The position numbers were made by a program, and so were the translations under genes. Below, piece by piece: positions 59,667 to 64,000 of a stretch of 64,000 nucleotides of DNA (positions are counted from its first letter, which is position 1; each line of letters opens with the position of its first letter). The notes under the pieces are model-generated. The model worked only from the letters and a program-made list of their open reading frames with translations, searched no databases and was not told the origin of the DNA. The DNA is from Treponemataceae bacterium (GTDB lineage: Bacteria; Spirochaetota; Spirochaetia; Treponematales; Rectinemataceae): positions 416,001 through 480,000 of the forward strand of contig CAXXHO010000005.1 of assembly GCA_963667725.2 (NCBI GenBank), written 5' to 3'.

Positions 59667-61538
59667 TTATACCGTTTTTTTAAAAAAACTTTCTCTTGCA
59701 TACATATATTTAGGATAATTATTATAATGTTCTTTTAAAACTAATAATAGCATTTTATCGTTAAGTGATTCATTAATGCTTGCTATTTTATATTTTTCTA
59801 AAACAGAATTGAAATTATTCTTTTCTACAATTTCATTAAATATTCTTTCGAATGAATCAAAATTTGCATCAAACGGTATAAGCATTGTTTGTTTATCAAG
59901 CAACTTATTTTCAATTTCTATATATCTAGAGTATAATGCAATAAATGAGACATTTATTTCTTGGCTAACATTAAAATCAGGTTTTTCTTGTATTAATCGG
60001 TTAACAAATGTCATAATAAAACTTGTTCTATCTACTATTTTAATTATATGGTTTAATACAAGATTTGAGAAATACAAGCTCTGATCAGATGAAAGAGTTA
60101 CAGCAACTGCAAATTCATTCGGTAAAATATTAATATAATTTTTAATAACATATATATCAGGCAATCGACTTATAAATTCAGCAGTGAGATATTCTTGTAG
60201 AGATTTATGTGTAAATTCATACGATTGAAAGCTACATTTAATAATTAATCCAGTATGACTTTCTATCTCTTCAACTACTGATTCAACTTGATCTTTCGGT
60301 AGATCATAGTTCACATATATTTCTTTATATACTTCTTTCAATTCATATGTAGTGAATATATTTTTTTTAATCTTTATAGTAATTTTATATGCTATATTAC
60401 TAATAAATTCAAATTTTCTATCAGTTTCAAATCTTGAATACTTCGTACCACGAATAATTGCTCTTTGCTGATCCCATTCCTCAAGTAATAAGTTAACAAT
60501 TTTCCTATACACTGTTCTAGGTTTTTCTGGAATTGACCCAGACCTTTCATAAATTGCACATAAGTGTGCAAGAGTTAATGGCTTAATTGTTGCATCATAA
60601 AAAGGAGAGTTTTCTATTTGAGCAAGTAATATTTCATTACTACTTTTTTGTGGAAACCATCTCTTTACAAATTTCTTTATTTGTTCCTTATCTAAAGGAG
60701 CAATTTCGTATTGTTCTACTTTTTCCATTACAATTAGCTGTTCACCAGTTCTTATTGTTGAAATAACTTTACATGTATTTAAATTTTTAGCCATAAAATT
60801 AATGTTAAATAATATTGATTTTTTCATATCTTCTGAAATTGATTCATCGATTCCTTCAATTATTAAATATGAACATACTTTATCTAGATAATTACAAATA
60901 CGACGTCGATACTCTAAATTATACCTCTTTTCTTTATCTTCACTATCATCAATTTCATTATTACCTTTATTATTAATTAAAATTTGGATTATTGCATTAT
61001 TAATATTCTTAATTCCGAGAGTATCAACAATATGATCAAATATTATATTTGAAATTTTATCATTATTCTTTGACTTTACTCCAAGAAGCATTTCTCTTAC
61101 AATAATTAAAATCGGTATTTGCTTTGCTTTTTCTACATCAATTCCTTCTATTACTTTATTAATAAAATATTTCATTGATGTTGTCTTTCCTGAACCAGGT
61201 TGCCCCATTATCATTAAATGGTTCTCTTCCTTTGCAATAATTTTAATTAGCTTTTCTTTTCTAATATTTTCTTTATCACTAATTCTTATCGATTTTGGAT
61301 ATAAATATGTGTCAAGTTGTATATAAACATTAGCCATTTTTTGTGAATGTGGTAAATCACGAAAGTTGATTTCTTCAGCCCACGATTTGCAGTAATGAAT
61401 ATGGCTTTTTATACTTTCGGTAATACTCATCTTATTCTCAACAATTGATAGTAACTTCTCTTTATGAGATTCTATCTCGGAAAATAATGCCGAACTTAAT
61501 CTTGATGCGGTTTCAATTGCCATCATTTGAAGGTCCAT
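59667..61538 (-). CDS. NACHT/STAND-family NTPase
   Basis: GQPGSGKTT, LIIEGIDE, STIR, PLTL, FTHKSLQEYLTA. Confidence 0.85.
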   Translation of the reverse strand: MDLQMMAIETASRLSSALFSEIESHKEKLLSIVENKMSITESIKSHIHYCKSWAEEINFRDLPHSQKMANVYIQLDTYLYPKSIRISDKENIRKEKLIKIIAKEENHLMIMGQPGSGKTTSMKYFINKVIEGIDVEKAKQIPILIIVREMLLGVKSKNNDKISNIIFDHIVDTLGIKNINNAIIQILINNKGNNEIDDSEDKEKRYNLEYRRRICNYLDKVCSYLIIEGIDESISEDMKKSILFNINFMAKNLNTCKVISTIRTGEQLIVMEKVEQYEIAPLDKEQIKKFVKRWFPQKSSNEILLAQIENSPFYDATIKPLTLAHLCAIYERSGSIPEKPRTVYRKIVNLLLEEWDQQRAIIRGTKYSRFETDRKFEFISNIAYKITIKIKKNIFTTYELKEVYKEIYVNYDLPKDQVESVVEEIESHTGLIIKCSFQSYEFTHKSLQEYLTAEFISRLPDIYVIKNYINILPNEFAVAVTLSSDQSLYFSNLVLNHIIKIVDRTSFIMTFVNRLIQEKPDFNVSQEINVSFIALYSRYIEIENKLLDKQTMLIPFDANFDSFERIFNEIVEKNNFNSVLEKYKIASINESLNDKMLLLVLKEHYNNYPKYMYARESFFKKTV

Positions 61539-61782
61539 ATATACTCCATAGATTCAAACTTTAAATATAAATTTTTATTTAATGTTTTGAGTCAAAATCA
61601 TCATTTATACTATATTTATTTATATACACAGCACTCATTTATAATTGATTTTTTGAAATTTTAGCTTTATCGTTCTTTATTCACATAATTATCAATCCTT
61701 ACTATGATTTAATTCCATAATTACAAATATACAATATATGCGATAATATATTTGGCATGATTTTTATGCGCCGAAGGCGTCC

Positions 61783-61908
61783 AGCTAACATTTTCGCTTA
61801 ACCTTTAAATCCGTCCTGAGCGATAGCGAAGGATTGGCGTGGTTTTTGCGTGATCTTCTCGCAAAAACCATGACAACAGGATTTATAAGGTTGAAGCGGA
61901 TGTTAGGT
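61783..61908 (-). repeat. attC site 58 (attttc subtype)
   Basis: attC palindrome. Confidence 0.92.
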
Positions 61909-62397
61909 AATTTTTTCCCCATACATTCTTTGTTCTACATTCCATGTCTTTCCATTATCGAACGATACTTCATCTATCCACGTAAATGCATACTCCGTTA
62001 TGTCTTTAAATCTCCATATCTCTTTCTTATCGTTTAATCCTAATAACTCTTGTATGATTTCTTTATTCTCTTCTCTTCCCACTAAGTGCGCAAATTCATT
62101 ATTACTCGGTTGCATCCAACTTACATGCCATATATCTTTTTTGATGTCGTAGCACCTAATGGTTGTCCCATATGTATCTCTAGGATAGCCATCTGCATAT
62201 AAAACATCTTGAATACCTAAGCCGCCTAGTATCCAAGCAAAATGCCATTCTCCAGTAGCTTCTCTAGTTTCTCCATTTGAATTATACCAAATAGATCGTA
62301 TTTTCCAGCTTCCAATAAGCTGTCCATAGAGCATTACTTTCTGTTTATATGCTTCATTTGCAGTTGATGCTCGTATGAGATCAAAAATGTCTTGCAT
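61903..62397 (-). CDS. Hypothetical beta-rich protein (DUF1579-like)
   Basis: Close paralog of 45090-45584. Confidence 0.65.
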   Translation of the reverse strand: MQDIFDLIRASTANEAYKQKVMLYGQLIGSWKIRSIWYNSNGETREATGEWHFAWILGGLGIQDVLYADGYPRDTYGTTIRCYDIKKDIWHVSWMQPSNNEFAHLVGREENKEIIQELLGLNDKKEIWRFKDITEYAFTWIDEVSFDNGKTWNVEQRMYGEKIT

Positions 62398-62480
62398 TGT
62401 CGCTCCTTAAAAACTAAGAAAGCTTTAAATTGCAATTTGAAAGCTTGTAGTAATGATCTTCTTGCGCGCCGAAGGCGTCT

Positions 62481-62631
62481 ACCTAACATTTTCGCTTAAC
62501 CTTTAAGCCCGACCTGAGCGTAAGCGAAGGTTTGGCGCGATTCTTGCAACACTTTACGTTGCCGCTCCTACTTTACTGAATCTCGCAAGAAGCGTGCCAA
62601 AGGGCTTATAAGGTTGAAGCGGGTGTTAGAA
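62481..62631 (-). repeat. attC site 59 (long attttc subtype)
   Basis: attC palindrome. Confidence 0.92.
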
Positions 62632-62851
62632 AGCGTTCATGTTCCTTAAAACTTATACCTGGGCAGCTTAACACTGTTAGAAAATGCGCTGCATTTCAGA
62701 GAAATACCGAGATGAGTTGTCAGCGTTTACTTTAGGTAAATGCTGCAATGAATCTCGGCAATAAAAGATGCAGCGTATTTTCTAACATGAAATCTTACAT
62801 TCTTTTCTTACATTACCTTTTCTTTTTCTTCGAGCCATACGTCTTTCTAAC
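62625..62851. other. ORF-less hairpin cassette, copy B
   Basis: Homolog of 54300-54528 with structure-compatible substitutions. Confidence 0.8.
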
Positions 62852-62969
62852 ATTGGCTTAACCCTTAACGCCTGTTCCTGAGCGAAGCGAAGGATTGGCG
62901 TGGTTTTTGCGTCATCTTCTCGCAAAAACCATGACAAAAGGCGTTATAGGGTTGAAGCATTTGTTAGAG
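62845..62969 (-). repeat. attC site 60
   Basis: Dominant attC subtype. Confidence 0.93.
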
Positions 62970-63719
62970 CCTTTTTTTTATACCAAACAAACCTAAAGGA
63001 TCTTGTTCTAAAGCTTCCCTATATAATCCAATTATTTTATTAACTTCGAAAAACATACATTTTGATTTGCCAATATAAATTTCATTAATATATCCTTTTT
63101 TATATGCCAAATCTTGTATGGTATACCATGGTTGTGTTGTAGGTTTTCCAGTTTCAATACACCATTCATCTTCTAGATATTTTTTTAAAACCTCTTCTGA
63201 TGGTTTGAATATTTCAACTATTTGACTAGGTAAATTATTTTCTACATAATGCATGCTTGTTAATTTATAAATATCTACACCTAGGAGAAGAGCAAAACCA
63301 TTTTTTGAATGAAGATTACATAAATTATGTGAATTTAACTCTGCTTCATTACCCCAGGCAGCAACTCTATGTAATCCTTTTCCAACAATTACTTCTAGAT
63401 CATTTTTAAAAGTATCAGCAATAATTCCCATTCCTGTACGCTCTTTGGAATCTTCTTTTAATATTTTTAGTTTAGTGACTAATCCATAATTAATATCTTC
63501 GTTGGTTAATTGCATATTTCCAGAGATTGGAAATGCTGGCATTATTATTGCACCTGCCTTTGTAATAATATTTTTTAATGCATTTATTATAGTTACAGCA
63601 CCATTTTGAACATGGCCAAAACTGGATAATGAACTATGAACTTCAACATACATACCTTTTTTTAATCCAATTTTAAGTAATCCATTTTGAATATCATCTA
63701 AAGTCAAATTATTTTCCAA
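62964..63719 (-). CDS. AAC(3)/YokD-family (Antibiotic_NAT) N-acetyltransferase
   Basis: VHSSLSSFG, GAIIMPAF, MGIIAD, LLLGV, TSMHYVE. Confidence 0.82.
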   Translation of the reverse strand: MENNLTLDDIQNGLLKIGLKKGMYVEVHSSLSSFGHVQNGAVTIINALKNIITKAGAIIMPAFPISGNMQLTNEDINYGLVTKLKILKEDSKERTGMGIIADTFKNDLEVIVGKGLHRVAAWGNEAELNSHNLCNLHSKNGFALLLGVDIYKLTSMHYVENNLPSQIVEIFKPSEEVLKKYLEDEWCIETGKPTTQPWYTIQDLAYKKGYINEIYIGKSKCMFFEVNKIIGLYREALEQDPLGLFGIKKRL

Positions 63720-63748
63720 TTCTTATTCCTCTGGCGCCGAAGGCGTCG

Positions 63749-63898
63749 CTCTAACATTTTCGCTTAACCTTTAAGCCCGACCTGAGCGTAGCGAAGGTTT
63801 GGCGCGATTCTTGCACCACTTTACATTGCCGCTCCTACTCTACGGATTCTCGCAAGAAGCGTGCCAAAGGGCTTATAAGGTTGAAGCGTGTGTTAGAT
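63749..63898 (-). repeat. attC site 61 (long attttc subtype)
   Basis: attC palindrome. Confidence 0.92.
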
Positions 63899-64000
63899 GC
63901 TCCCATCTTCAAAATAAAGTATTCCTTCATCAAATATATCTTTTTGCTTTTCAATGATCCCATTACCATTTATAACAAATGCACCACCATAATAATTTTC

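Larger units (their letters stand above)
1..64000 (-). mobile_element. Integron gene-cassette array (sedentary/super-integron type), 61 attC sites, extends past both window edges
   Basis: Regular alternation of mostly single minus-strand ORFs with ~100-150 bp imperfect palindromes bounded by RYYYAAC...GTTRRRY. The two ends of each cassette have complementary 7-bp cores. Confidence 0.97.

Noticed and set aside
4313..62037. Short ORFs beginning MAWFL/MSWFL/MCIV... that span the repeats (e.g. 20985, 30014, 32773, 36228, 41260, 45521, 53409, 54424, 61834)
   Set aside because: They are translations of attC DNA or antisense shadows, with no SD and no protein motifs
1521..63898. Repeats interpreted as a CRISPR array, REP/BIME elements or rho-independent terminators
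   Set aside because: Units are 100-150 bp, separated by gene-sized spacers, with GTTRRRY cores and extrahelical bases; no cas genes or poly-U tails
1..64000. Integron integrase, bona fide attI/Pc, reverse transcriptase or retron, tRNA or rRNA
   Set aside because: No tyrosine-recombinase or RT motifs in any ORF and no RNA gene signatures seen
63899..64000. 3' end of a further cassette gene
   Set aside because: Only ~100 bp are visible, too little to assign a product

Overview
The whole window is an internal segment of a large, probably chromosomal (sedentary or 'super') integron gene-cassette array. I count 61 related, imperfectly palindromic attC sites (about 100-150 bp) that delimit 60 complete cassettes plus two partial ones. 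Cassettes are oriented on the minus strand, so attI, Pc and intI are expected beyond position 64000; no integrase is in the window. The + strand is the attC bottom strand, as it carries the unpaired G and T. Cargo is AT-rich: eight type II toxin-antitoxin pairs, many GNATs, NUDIX proteins, racemases, EamA proteins, folD, an AAC(3)-family gene and several candidate anti-phage genes (NACHT, HEPN-like, DUF4062, DUF2971). Eight IS copies are present: IS30, IS3, two IS1595 and four IS1634, three of the IS1634 copies at the same attC position. The most unusual signals are non-coding: (i) a duplicated ORF-less cassette forming a ~114-nt rod-like hairpin with wobble-preserving substitutions; (ii) a conserved ~60-bp 5' leader with 21-bp-spaced ATGTTA-like repeats in nine cassettes; (iii) strand-specific d(GNA) mini-hairpins at cassette starts; (iv) cassette ends shared between unrelated genes. 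Product calls come from motif recognition by eye, with no database searches.
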